A DNA stretch of 64,000 nucleotides from a virus. Under the pieces are notes generated by a model. The model saw nothing but the letters and a program-made list of their open reading frames with translations. It had not been told where the DNA came from and did no database searches. Numbering within the stretch: position 1 is the stretch's first letter; each line of letters opens with the position of its first letter. This document shows positions 1 through 8,957 of the stretch, in pieces. The position numbers and the translations under genes are program-made. Location: the IMG/VR virus record IMGVR_UViG_3300047545_000180, positions 1 to 64,000 of that record; one strand, given 5' to 3'.

Positions 1-127
1 TGACGCTGGGATGCTCACGCCACCTGCTGACGCTGGGATGCTCACGCCACCTGCTGACGCTGGGATGCTCACGCCACCTGCTGACGCTGGGATGCTCACG
101 CCACCTGCTGACGCTGGGATGCTCACG
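1..127. repeat. tandem direct repeat, 27-bp unit tgacgctgggatgctcacgccacctgc x4 plus a 19-bp partial copy; array is cut by the window edge
   Basis: Exact 27-nt period counted directly at 1-27, 28-54, 55-81, 82-108, then a partial copy at 109-127. GC about 63% in an AT-rich genome. Non-coding; followed by about 200 bp of AT-rich non-coding DNA. Confidence 0.95.
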
Positions 128-337
128 TATAGATTGTGACAGTGCGGTCGGCGCTGCGGATTAAGTTTAGGTATTTTCTATTTGCAATACCCAAAGCAGC
201 TTTTCAGAAAAATTCGGCAAGCGGCTTTTTGGGTTGATTTTACCAACAAGGGTTTTTGTTAAAAATCTAATATTTGTTAACCAAAAGAAATACCCCTAAC
301 GGATTTTATTTCCGAAAGGGGCACGAGGATTTTTATT

Positions 338-1024
338 TTAATTTTCAAAGCTATTTGATTTACTTATATTGTCTTTTGCTGGCAGTATTTGAAGATTCCA
401 CGGTACATGAAGGCCGCACACAGTTTTACCTTGAAGTGGGATAATATGATCTACGTGGAAAGTACTGTTGAAGATTTTTGAAAATAAGATAGAAAGTTTA
501 TAAAATCTTCTTATAATTTGCTCATCTTTTTTGCTCAACCATTTTGGAGTAGCATTTAATTTACATGCTCTTCGCTTAGAAGTTATTGCATTTATGATAT
601 GTCTATTATTCTTTTGATATTCATGCATATATTTAGCAATATTTTCTTTATTCTTTTCTCTATATTCTTTTTGTTGAGAGGATATTTTTTCTTTATTTGC
701 TTTGCGATGTTTTCTTTGTTGAAGCTTAATCTCTAATTTTTTAAGTCTAGAATATTCTTTCCAATATTCTTTTTGTTTATTAGCAATATTTTCTTTATTG
801 TTTTCTCTATATCTCAAAGCATTATCTTTATTATCTTCACGATATCTTTTTTGATAATCTTCAATTCGCCTTTTGTTTAGTTTTTTATACTCTTTTACGC
901 AATCTTTACACTGAGTTTGATAACCATCTCTCTTTGATTTACTTCTACTAAAATCAGAGAACGGCTTTTCTTTTGTACATGTATTACAAATTTTATACAT
1001 AGTAATTCCCATAAAATTCCACAA
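338..1024 (-). CDS. HNH homing endonuclease (paralog 1 of 3); true start possibly at MYKIC (coordinate 1000)
   Basis: N-terminal CxxC...CxxC zinc ribbon. C-terminal HVDHIIPLQGKTVCGLHVPWNLQILPAKDN HNH motif. Paralogous to 5233..5796 and 56279..56812. Confidence 0.85.
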   Translation of the reverse strand: MWNFMGITMYKICNTCTKEKPFSDFSRSKSKRDGYQTQCKDCVKEYKKLNKRRIEDYQKRYREDNKDNALRYRENNKENIANKQKEYWKEYSRLKKLEIKLQQRKHRKANKEKISSQQKEYREKNKENIAKYMHEYQKNNRHIINAITSKRRACKLNATPKWLSKKDEQIIRRFYKLSILFSKIFNSTFHVDHIIPLQGKTVCGLHVPWNLQILPAKDNISKSNSFEN

Positions 1025-1059
1025 TAATAAAAAGTAGAAACCTCATGTGGGGTGAGGTT
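1025..1059 (-). terminator. rho-independent terminator (minus strand)
   Basis: Stem AACCTCA/TGAGGTT (1039-1045 / 1053-1059), loop tgtgggg. On the minus strand it is followed by TTTCTACTTTTTATTATT. Confidence 0.55.
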
Positions 1060-1166
1060 ATTCGAATAAGTTAATTACTCTTATTCTATCTACAGTTATT
1101 ATTTTATCAGATATTTATGAGAATATCAAGTATTATATTGGTCAGTTTACCTTACTAATCATACTT

Positions 1167-1370
1167 TCAATCTTGTGAACGCACTTTGATAAATTCTCTT
1201 GCTGTATCCCAAGTAGGAATAGCTAGTACAACAAACGTATCTCCTACGGGGTCTTGCACATACGTTACCAATGCATTTGTGTCAACCTTAGCTTTATAAC
1301 CAAAGCTTCTCAGATATGTAGCAATGGCTTCTGTTTCGATGAATTGATTGAAGTCTTCAAGTTTTTGCAT
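1167..1370 (-). CDS. hypothetical small protein, paralog of 1400..1615
   Basis: 67-aa ORF with shared IPTWDTAREFIKV / FPTWELAREFIRV motif. Preceded on the minus strand by TGTATAAT and the conserved leader CTTCAACAAC, then an RBS. Confidence 0.6.
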   Translation of the reverse strand: MQKLEDFNQFIETEAIATYLRSFGYKAKVDTNALVTYVQDPVGDTFVVLAIPTWDTAREFIKVRSQD

Positions 1371-1399
1371 TGTGTTACCTCTTGTTGTTGAAGATTAGA

Positions 1400-1615
1400 T
1401 TATACATCAAGTAAGCCTCTTTGCGCTTGTACTCTGATAAATTCTCTTGCTAATTCCCACGTAGGAAAAGATAATACAATAAATGTGTCACAATTAAAAC
1501 GCCATTCAATGTAAGCTGTCAATGTTTCTTTATTGACTTTAGCATCATAACCATAACCCTGTAGATGTAAAGCGATTGCATAAGCTTTTGTAAAATCGTG
1601 AAAATCGTATGTCAT
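1400..1615 (-). CDS. hypothetical small protein, paralog of 1167..1370
   Basis: 71-aa ORF; tandem paralog. Confidence 0.6.
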   Translation of the reverse strand: MTYDFHDFTKAYAIALHLQGYGYDAKVNKETLTAYIEWRFNCDTFIVLSFPTWELAREFIRVQAQRGLLDV

Positions 1616-1656
1616 TTTACCTCTTGTTATTGATGAAGATTAAATTATACTATACT

Positions 1657-1890
1657 TCAAAGCTTTTTAACCAGATCAAGACCAGAAGGTTCAATAAATT
1701 TTGCGTTACCTTCTGCTTCCCACACCCAATAGTATTTACGAATACGACCTGTAGGGCTTGGTTTACCTTCGTAGCTACCTACCCCTTGACCGTTAGGTTT
1801 AACGCTGTCTATGTAGGCTTTGCGACCATTTGCCATGATGTAAGTACCTGTAGTAATCCAAGTATTGGGTAAAGTAAAGATAAACTTCAT
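1657..1890 (-). CDS. hypothetical protein
   Basis: ORF in the minus-strand early block. The overlapping plus-strand ORF 1609..1872 is judged spurious. Confidence 0.5.
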   Translation of the reverse strand: MKFIFTLPNTWITTGTYIMANGRKAYIDSVKPNGQGVGSYEGKPSPTGRIRKYYWVWEAEGNAKFIEPSGLDLVKKL

Positions 1891-2264
1891 ACAACCTCCA
1901 GCATTTGAGCTTCTGTTACATCTTTTTCTTCTACCAGAAATTGATAACCAACTTCTCGCAACTCTTCGTTGACATACGTAGGAGAATCGCTAACGATAGT
2001 ATGTTGAACTTTACCACCGTACTTTACACGGGTTTCCACTACAGTACCAGTAACCCATGCTTGATCAAGATACTTTGCAATAACCCACTGACCTTCACGT
2101 ACAAAGTTAGAACCTTCGTTAAATTTGCATTTCATATTACACCACCTGATTGAAGCATTGCAATTTATCGAAATCAGCATCTCGATAGATATTCTGATCA
2201 CGATACAACCACGCACGGTAGATTGTGTCACGGGTTTGTTGATCATCAAATGAACAGATATCAA
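1887..2264 (-). CDS. hypothetical protein
   Basis: 125-aa ORF. Stop/start overlap with its downstream neighbour. Confidence 0.5.
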   Translation of the reverse strand: MISVHLMINKPVTQSTVRGCIVIRISIEMLISINCNASIRWCNMKCKFNEGSNFVREGQWVIAKYLDQAWVTGTVVETRVKYGGKVQHTIVSDSPTYVNEELREVGYQFLVEEKDVTEAQMLEVV

Positions 2265-2337
2265 TTACAATGCCAGTTTTCAAATAGATCAGATAGTATT
2301 TCATGTTAGTCTTTCAGTTGTTTAAGTCTCTATTGTA

Positions 2338-2622
2338 TCACAGTTTATCGTAAGCTGCAGACCAATCTTGCATAAATTTATTGTCAGAGGGGTCCATTAC
2401 TGTTTCATCATCTGCAAGTCCAAAAGCACCAATTAAAACCCACGCTTCTTTATCACCTTGCTTATCACGGATTGTCATTTCAGCTTCTTCTACGGATTCA
2501 ATAGCGTCTACAATCTCTTTGTAAGCAACAGATCGCTTTACCTGCCACTCTTCACCATCGTAGACACTGATGGTATAACCTTTAGAAATCGCGTATTTAA
2601 CAAGGTGTTTATAAGCTTTCAT
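2338..2622 (-). CDS. hypothetical protein
   Basis: 94-aa ORF on the early strand. Confidence 0.5.
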   Translation of the reverse strand: MKAYKHLVKYAISKGYTISVYDGEEWQVKRSVAYKEIVDAIESVEEAEMTIRDKQGDKEAWVLIGAFGLADDETVMDPSDNKFMQDWSAAYDKL

Positions 2623-2858
2623 TGCGTTTTCCTTATGCGTAAACTTCTTCTGTTTCGATATCGTATTCTACATCAGAACGATTCAACTTTTTCTGTTCAA
2701 TGTATTTTTACTGCAGATTCTTTGGTAGCAAACACTCGCTCATTGTACCATAAAGAATGCTCATTACCACTGTAGGAAGCCATAGCCATTACTATAAAAA
2801 CTTGCACGAAATTCTCCAGTTGTGGTGTTGAAGACTTTATTATATCACAGAATCTTGC

Positions 2859-3104
2859 TCACTGACCGATCTTACGTGCAATATCATGCCAATAATCTGT
2901 ACCTTGCTTTGTGTGCTCCCAAATGACTACACACCAAAGATCACCAGTAGGTTCAAAGCCTTCAATCTCTCGCATTGGTCCATGCATATATGCTGCAGCT
3001 TCTTTGTCAACAAGTGCTACTTCACTGATCAATGCAAAATAGTCTAGTTCATCTTGTGCTTCATTATTCATTTGTATTCTCCTGATGTTGATTCTTTGCT
3101 TCAC
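2859..3104 (-). CDS. hypothetical protein
   Basis: 81-aa ORF. An early-type promoter motif lies at 2821-2857. Confidence 0.5.
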   Translation of the reverse strand: MKQRINIRRIQMNNEAQDELDYFALISEVALVDKEAAAYMHGPMREIEGFEPTGDLWCVVIWEHTKQGTDYWHDIARKIGQ

Positions 3105-3197
3105 GTTTACGATTCTTGTGCTTTTGTACAGCTTTACACATGACGATAGCTACAAGGTGATTTCTTTGTTTAACCTTTAGTTTCTTAAGCTTTTTGC

Positions 3198-3440
3198 TCA
3201 TTTACATTTGTGCTCTCGCATAGCAGAATGAATAGATTGCATCAGTCTTTCGCAGTGTTCGTAAACCTCGTGCTTCCGATCTAGATTAGAATAACCAGAA
3301 GATACAATCTCGGGAATTCTGCGATCATGCTCAACAATATTAAAAAACATATCAAAATCTTCTTTATTTTCAAAGTTTAAAACTACAGAGACTGGTTCAA
3401 ACACTTTTTTACCTTGGATTTCTTTAACTTCAACTTGCAT
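3198..3440 (-). CDS. hypothetical protein
   Basis: 80-aa ORF. Confidence 0.5.
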   Translation of the reverse strand: MQVEVKEIQGKKVFEPVSVVLNFENKEDFDMFFNIVEHDRRIPEIVSSGYSNLDRKHEVYEHCERLMQSIHSAMREHKCK

Positions 3441-3452
3441 TTTTACTCCTAT

Positions 3453-3622
3453 TTAATGTAAATTATGTACATGAACTTCATATACAAAAGGTTTCTTTAA
3501 AGCTTTCAACGTGCGCAAAACCTTGACAGTTTGCTGTTGATTGTAGTAGTGATATTCCTGTGGTAAATCTGCAACAAGAACACGCACTACATATTCTGTG
3601 ATAAATCTCTGCATCATTACAC
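3453..3622 (-). CDS. hypothetical small protein (start shortened to MMQRF, TAATG overlap with the upstream gene)
   Basis: The ORF-track version 3453..3704 would overlap 3617..3949 by 88 nt. An internal ATG coupled to the upstream stop is more plausible. Confidence 0.35.
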
Positions 3623-3949
3623 ACCTTGTTCTTCTGCCATCATAGCAGCAAATTTGAGCCATGCATAACGAGCTTGTTGGTTTTCTGCAACGAATAAACC
3701 ACAATCACCAAAAGCTTGTGTAGAACTTGTAGGACAACCCATTGCTTCTAAACCTTTAGAAATTCGAACAATCATTTCTTCACGTTCGTCATCTAAATCT
3801 AAACCACGGTACAAATCATATACAGCTTCTTCCATCGCACAGCAAGAGAACTTTTCTTTGGTTCCACCATAGCCCCATTGGTGATGTTTTTTATTTGCAA
3901 GTTTCTCGTCAGCAGCGTAATGCAAGATTTCAGCGATAGTGTATTTCAT
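3617..3949 (-). CDS. hypothetical protein
   Basis: 110-aa ORF. Confidence 0.5.
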   Translation of the reverse strand: MKYTIAEILHYAADEKLANKKHHQWGYGGTKEKFSCCAMEEAVYDLYRGLDLDDEREEMIVRISKGLEAMGCPTSSTQAFGDCGLFVAENQQARYAWLKFAAMMAEEQGV

Positions 3950-4275
3950 GCTTTCTCCTTTTTGATTGTATCTTTAAGATATTCTACCAGAAACAAACAC
4001 ATGTTTGCTCTTGGTTCCCATTCTTCTGGTGTATCTACATAATAACCATAATTATCATTGCCCATTTCAAGCATAAGTTCTTGCATACCTGTGTATGAAA
4101 CTTTACAGCCTACATCCATCAAAGCTTTGCAAATACCACAACCAATTGTAACTTTACCGATTTGTTCGTACATAGCATGTTCACCATTGAAGTACAACTC
4201 AGCAATCTTTGTAAGCCCTTCAATCATCTCTTTACGTTGATAAACAGACAGGTCGTAGTTGCGTTCGAATTTCAT
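3946..4275 (-). CDS. hypothetical protein
   Basis: 109-aa ORF; 4-nt overlap with its neighbour. Confidence 0.5.
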   Translation of the reverse strand: MKFERNYDLSVYQRKEMIEGLTKIAELYFNGEHAMYEQIGKVTIGCGICKALMDVGCKVSYTGMQELMLEMGNDNYGYYVDTPEEWEPRANMCLFLVEYLKDTIKKEKA

Positions 4276-4296
4276 AATTTACTCCGATTATTGCAA

Positions 4297-4563
4297 TTAT
4301 TGCACAGCTACAGCTTCGATACCATTGCAGCGCACAGCTACGATTGTATCACGACTTACGCTACAATATCCTTTATTTTGCACATCATATACAGTAATGT
4401 AGTCTTTGGAGTTTTTCTTGAGGTTGCTACCTTTGATGTATTTGGTAACACCAAGGCGACCATTTAAAATTCTAGTTGAACCATCTTTTTTGATAAAGCT
4501 GACCGTCAGCATTTTACCGTTGGATTGATCGATCAAAGAAGCGAGAGCTTTAGAAGAAGACAT
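4297..4563 (-). CDS. hypothetical protein
   Basis: 88-aa ORF. An early promoter motif lies at 4571-4610. Confidence 0.5.
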   Translation of the reverse strand: MSSSKALASLIDQSNGKMLTVSFIKKDGSTRILNGRLGVTKYIKGSNLKKNSKDYITVYDVQNKGYCSVSRDTIVAVRCNGIEAVAVQ

Positions 4564-4595
4564 TTGAATTTCCTTTCGAGGTTTAGAAGATTAGA

Positions 4596-5080
4596 TTATA
4601 CAGCAGATTTTGGGTTATTCACCAAACTTTTCAACTTTTCAACTTTTTTAAAGACCAGCACTATGCGTTTATTTGCAGGATTCAAGCCGTTGTCAATCAC
4701 TTCACCATTGACTACAGCAAGTGCATGACCTGCAAATACCACAATGTAACGACCTTTGTTATACTTTTTACAGAAATTCTTCAGTGTAATACCTTCATTG
4801 ATATTTTGCACAACATCTCCATACTTACGAGCGTAGAACCGTGCTGGTTTAGTTGTACCGAAGACTTCAATATTGCGAAAACCTGCAGCTTGATATGCTG
4901 CAAACAGCACATCATGTTTTGTACCTTTACGGTCAGGGCGACCATAGTATGCAAGTATTTCGTGTGCATCATCGTAGTCCATACCACTTGCATTACACAT
5001 GGCTCTTACAGCGCAATCCTTGGATTCAACCCCTTCTTGACAAAAAGCACCCCGACTTACAGGTTCAATATATCGCATAG
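4596..5080 (-). CDS. hypothetical protein (start at MRYIEPV with an AAGGAG RBS; the ORF-track N-terminal extension is rejected)
   Basis: aaaaggagttgctATG sits immediately downstream of the promoter motif at 5091-5125. Confidence 0.5.
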
Positions 5081-5175
5081 CAACTCCTTTTGCTGTTGAA
5101 GATGGTATTGTAGCACAGAAATTCATTGTTTTCTAAACTATTTCAAAATATTTTACACTAACGGCACAATCTTCC

Positions 5176-5204
5176 TTGATTTAATACCAAACTACTGTTA
5201 TAAT
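5176..5204 (+). promoter_or_regulatory. sigma70-type promoter TTGATT-17-TATAAT
   Basis: -35 at 5176-5181, -10 at 5199-5204. About 28 nt upstream of the HNH start, with a GGAG RBS between. Confidence 0.55.
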
Positions 5205-5232
5205 TAGACTTTAAGTTTAATAGGAGTTAACT

Positions 5233-5796
5233 ATGGAAAAATTTTGTCCAACTTGTCAAATTAAAAAATCAGTTCAAGATTTTAATAAAGATAAATATTC
5301 ATCAGACGGTCTTACCTCAGCTTGTAGAACCTGTCGTCAAATGCGCTGGAAAAAATATGCAGAAACAAATCCAGATAAAATTGAACAAAGAAAAGAAGAA
5401 TTTAATATAAAAAGAAGAGAAGATAGAAAAGAGAATCCAGATAAAGTTAGGCAGGATGCAAGAGAGTACTGTAAGAAAAATCGAGATAAAAGGGCAATTT
5501 CAGATAGAAAGTACAGAGAAAAAAATCGTGGAACGTATAATGCATCAAAAGCCAAAAGAAGAGCTAGTAAATTAAAAGCTACACCGTCTTGGTTATCTGA
5601 AGATCAATTGTTAGAGATAAAACTATTGTACCTTTTTGTTGCAGAAAGAAGAAGAATCACAGGATTGAAATTACAAATAGACCACATTGTACCACTTCAA
5701 GGTGAAAACGTGTGTGGTCTGCATGTACCTTGGAATTTACAAGTTCTCACTGCATCTGAAAATGCAGCAAAGGGGAATAGATTTACTCAACTTTAA
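5233..5796 (+). CDS. HNH homing endonuclease (paralog 2 of 3), opposite orientation to the surrounding early genes
   Basis: CPTCQ...CRTC zinc ribbon. QIDHIVPLQGENVCGLHVPWNLQVLTASENAAKGN motif. Own promoter and RBS. Confidence 0.85.
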   Translation: MEKFCPTCQIKKSVQDFNKDKYSSDGLTSACRTCRQMRWKKYAETNPDKIEQRKEEFNIKRREDRKENPDKVRQDAREYCKKNRDKRAISDRKYREKNRGTYNASKAKRRASKLKATPSWLSEDQLLEIKLLYLFVAERRRITGLKLQIDHIVPLQGENVCGLHVPWNLQVLTASENAAKGNRFTQL

Positions 5797-6025
5797 TTCT
5801 CTGCTGGTATTCTTCGTCTGTTTCCAATCGTGCAAACACCAGATACAAATGATTTTTAAACCATCCTGTACCTGTAGTAAAGTTTGCGGTGCAACCTTGG
5901 TATAGCATATCAATGTTATCATTACTGATCTTATCAAATGTCTGTTTTACTTCTTGGATAGTTTTACCCTCAAAAATACTCATACTAATTGGAATTGTCT
6001 TAATAGTTATAAGTTCTTTTTGCAT
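5783..6025 (-). CDS. hypothetical protein
   Basis: 80-aa ORF; its 3' end overlaps the HNH 3' end. Confidence 0.45.
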   Translation of the reverse strand: MQKELITIKTIPISMSIFEGKTIQEVKQTFDKISNDNIDMLYQGCTANFTTGTGWFKNHLYLVFARLETDEEYQQRIKVE

Positions 6026-6028
6026 AAT

Positions 6029-6286
6029 TTACTCCTTAGTATACAAATTGTGTTTCTTGATCTTCCAGATTTCAAAGATAGCTTTACCAGAGGCATCTTC
6101 GTCTGTGCATATATAAGCTACAGTTTTCAGAACTCGTGCAAAGCGCACCTGACAATCTCCAACGTCTATTTCATGTGAAAACCCTTGTTCGATAGCCCAA
6201 AGGTTGTCAGTTTTGCGGTACGTGAAGTAATTACCAAAGTCACACTCTTGGAATTCACTTTCGTTGAGTTCTCGCATTGTCATCAT
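6029..6286 (-). CDS. hypothetical protein
   Basis: 85-aa ORF. A promoter motif lies at 6291-6320. Confidence 0.5.
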   Translation of the reverse strand: MMTMRELNESEFQECDFGNYFTYRKTDNLWAIEQGFSHEIDVGDCQVRFARVLKTVAYICTDEDASGKAIFEIWKIKKHNLYTKE

Positions 6287-6313
6287 AACTATCTCCAGTT
6301 GTTGAAGCCTAAA

Positions 6314-7237
6314 TTATAAACCAAACTTTACTTCTTTACTGAGATTTTCCAGTCTTGTTACAATTTTCTGCAAATCGTTACGACATGTCTGTACTACTTG
6401 GGATTTGGACACACGATCACCAGCATGTTGTAGCAAGTAAGCACGTACTGCTTCAATTTCGCTTGTTACTTGACGTACAGTTACATCCGGAATTTCACGC
6501 AAAGTACACAGTACAGAATACAACTTACCTTCAATCTTTTTCTTTTCATCTGAGAGCAATTGTTCTGCTGCAGCACCTTGCATTACACGTACTGGATTAC
6601 TACCATTAAATTCATTACGATTTCCATTAAATACGTAAGTTTTACCAATTTTAAAATACTCAAGATGACTATGATTTGGAAACTCATACTCAGTTACCTT
6701 GCAGTCTTTCAACCATTCATGCACAACATGTTTTTGATATCGTGCAAAATCAACCTCAACCAACTCAGGTTTAGTCTGGTCAATGCAAAATAGTGGTTTA
6801 ATAAAGGGTGAACCAGTATCAAGCATTGCATGTCGAACTTCAGTCTCAACCCGATGCTTTAGAATTTGTTGTTCAATTACTGGTTTCCAGTCACGTAGAA
6901 ATTTCTTATACGCAAATTCATCTTCAAGAGAAATAAAAACTAATTCTTCGTCAAGATTACACCACTGACCTTTAGCTTTAAGTCTTTCAAGTGAATCTTC
7001 ATAAGCAGTAACACCAAGACCGATCATACCTTCATCAGTAGTATTTTTATAACGAACAATGTTGGTCTTGCGTTCAACCTTAAAGATAACTGGTTCTTCT
7101 TTCGATGTAATCTGTTCAGATTTATAATTTGAATTTGTGTATTCTTTACCATTGACCACCCATTCACCATACGGAAGCATGAAATGATAGAATTCTTTGT
7201 CAATGAAAGCTGTAACGATGATTTTATCTGTTTGCAT
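6314..7237 (-). CDS. hypothetical protein (307 aa)
   Basis: Long ORF with no motif I can assign. Confidence 0.55.
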   Translation of the reverse strand: MQTDKIIVTAFIDKEFYHFMLPYGEWVVNGKEYTNSNYKSEQITSKEEPVIFKVERKTNIVRYKNTTDEGMIGLGVTAYEDSLERLKAKGQWCNLDEELVFISLEDEFAYKKFLRDWKPVIEQQILKHRVETEVRHAMLDTGSPFIKPLFCIDQTKPELVEVDFARYQKHVVHEWLKDCKVTEYEFPNHSHLEYFKIGKTYVFNGNRNEFNGSNPVRVMQGAAAEQLLSDEKKKIEGKLYSVLCTLREIPDVTVRQVTSEIEAVRAYLLQHAGDRVSKSQVVQTCRNDLQKIVTRLENLSKEVKFGL

Positions 7238-7282
7238 GTTTGATTTCCTTTGAGTAGTTCATCTGTGGAATGAATTATAGCA

Positions 7283-7314
7283 AATAAAAAGACCGTGCGG
7301 AATTACCCACACGG
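7283..7314 (-). terminator. rho-independent terminator (minus strand)
   Basis: Stem ACCGTG/CACGGT (7292-7297 / 7309-7314). On the minus strand it is followed by CTTTTTATTTGC. Confidence 0.55.
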
Positions 7315-7323
7315 TTATAAAGG

Positions 7324-7923
7324 TTATTTCTTATCTTTATAAAATACATGCTTACCAACACGAGTAACTACTGCTTTTGTTTTAGTCCAATAATTACGAA
7401 CAGAAGTTGTAGCATACCATAACACCGAATGCTCCAACACAGGCTTAAACTGCCCTTCTACCATGCTATCTGCTACTTCTGATACATACCCATAGGCTTG
7501 CTTATCTGCAGCCTTTAAACGCCATTCTATGCGCTCTACGTCAGGTTTACGTTCTAATGTATAGCTAAACTGCTTACGCTGCTGAATTACACCACAGTAA
7601 CTTTCAGGATAATCTGGATGTGTGCGACGATTTTCAATCACGGACGCTACTGCCAAAATACCTGCAGTGCCTTCACTACGTGCCTCGTAATATAGAGCGT
7701 TCTTAATACATTTACGTTCTTGATCTTTGACAGCTTCTTGCTCTTGTCGAATCAGGTCTTTACGTACAGCTTCAAATTCTTTTAGCTGCCTGTACTCACG
7801 ATATTGATCTGTAATCCACATTGCTACAAAAAATATAGTAAGGTAAGTTAACCATCGTTTAATTAGTTGCATTTTATTCCTGTGAAATAATTTTAAATAA
7901 ATCCTGAGCAGCAGTAATTTCAT
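7324..7923 (-). CDS. membrane-anchored cell wall hydrolase, SleB (Hydrolase_2) family-like
   Basis: N-terminal TM segment LTYLTIFFVAMWI. Then YYEARSEGTAGILAVASVIENR...YPESYCGVIQQRKQFS, resembling the EARGEG...VA.VI.NR...QFS signature of SleB-type hydrolases. Confidence 0.5.
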   Translation of the reverse strand: MKLLLLRIYLKLFHRNKMQLIKRWLTYLTIFFVAMWITDQYREYRQLKEFEAVRKDLIRQEQEAVKDQERKCIKNALYYEARSEGTAGILAVASVIENRRTHPDYPESYCGVIQQRKQFSYTLERKPDVERIEWRLKAADKQAYGYVSEVADSMVEGQFKPVLEHSVLWYATTSVRNYWTKTKAVVTRVGKHVFYKDKK

Positions 7924-8149
7924 CTTTGTACAAATCTAAAGCAGTTTCTCTTGAGATTTTATAGAAGTGCATTACTGTATTAATTGCTTTTTGTTCTAAG
8001 ATATTATACCAGTATTCGTAAGAGTCATCCGTACCAAAACCCTTTTCTTGTTTGGCGTGTTCATCACAAAATGGATGATCACCAGCAAATTGAGTACCAC
8101 GAATCCATTCAGCTGGTTTATCGCATATTATGCATTTTTGTTCTTTCAT
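7874..8149 (-). CDS. hypothetical zinc-finger protein
   Basis: CIICDKPAEW...HPFCDEH cysteine/histidine cluster. Confidence 0.45.
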   Translation of the reverse strand: MKEQKCIICDKPAEWIRGTQFAGDHPFCDEHAKQEKGFGTDDSYEYWYNILEQKAINTVMHFYKISRETALDLYKDEITAAQDLFKIISQE

Positions 8150-8418
8150 TCTTCAACTCCAAAGTGTTCGTTAATCATCTTATCAACATAGCAGTTGCCG
8201 CCTCTGTTTTGATATTTCTTAGCTACCTGCATACATTCTGCCACAACCAACTCGGCGAACTTTTCAAAGCACAAATCATACATATCACGATATGGTTCGG
8301 GGTTATTTTCTTCTGCATAATCCCAAGCCTGTCGAGCAAGTTCTCTAATTCGTTCGTTCATGTTAGTTTCCATGTGACAAATAATGTAATACTCTGAGAA
8401 TTGATAAGAGTGTTCCAA
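8146..8418 (-). CDS. hypothetical protein, MNERIRELARQAWDY...HFGVE paralog family
   Basis: Shares an N-terminal MNERIRELARQAWDY and a C-terminal HFGVE with 8539..8799 and 26537..26788. Confidence 0.6.
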   Translation of the reverse strand: MEHSYQFSEYYIICHMETNMNERIRELARQAWDYAEENNPEPYRDMYDLCFEKFAELVVAECMQVAKKYQNRGGNCYVDKMINEHFGVEE

Positions 8419-8538
8419 TACTAAAAGTCAAACTAAAAAGTACTGCGGGATACACGAAACACATCATAACCCATACCAGCACTAAAAATATCGATGCAAC
8501 ATACACTCCCCACGGTACATCTTTAAATTGTGTTTTCA

Positions 8539-8799
8539 TTATTCAACTCCGAAGTGTTTATTAAGTATTTCAATTGAGTCATTTATTGCCATTTCGTAAC
8601 CATAGTCATGATCACTCCACAATTGCAGATCATCACATAACTGTTCTTTCTGTGCTTTTATAATTTTAGAACATTCTCTCACAATCAACTCAGCGAACTT
8701 TTCTTCAAACAGATCGGTAGCTGATTTTGAATATTGATCATCACATGATACTACATAATCCCAAGCCTGTCGAGCAAGTTCTCTAATTCGTTCATTCAT
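8539..8799 (-). CDS. hypothetical protein, same paralog family
   Basis: First 14 residues are identical to 8146..8418; NKHFGVE terminus. Confidence 0.6.
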   Translation of the reverse strand: MNERIRELARQAWDYVVSCDDQYSKSATDLFEEKFAELIVRECSKIIKAQKEQLCDDLQLWSDHDYGYEMAINDSIEILNKHFGVE

Positions 8800-8957
8800 T
8801 TTTCTACTCCAAAATGCTTATCTGTCCGCAATCGTTTCAATGTGGTGTCCTGGGCATGCCGCTAAAAACAACTCCTCCGCCTTCTCTTTGGATGAAGCAC
8901 TTAATGTGACCATGCCCGACAACCCCCGAGGGCTTTGATAATATACAAACCAGATTT

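Noticed and set aside
1-127. Possible CRISPR array
   Set aside because: Identical 27-bp units abut each other with no unique spacers. This is a simple tandem repeat, not repeat-spacer architecture.
2458-2775. Plus-strand ORF 2458..2775 (also 1609..1872, 1905..2153, 4058..4728 series, 13676..13969, 14845..15129)
   Set aside because: Antisense to the minus-strand gene chain, hydrophobic low-complexity translations, no RBS. Judged spurious.
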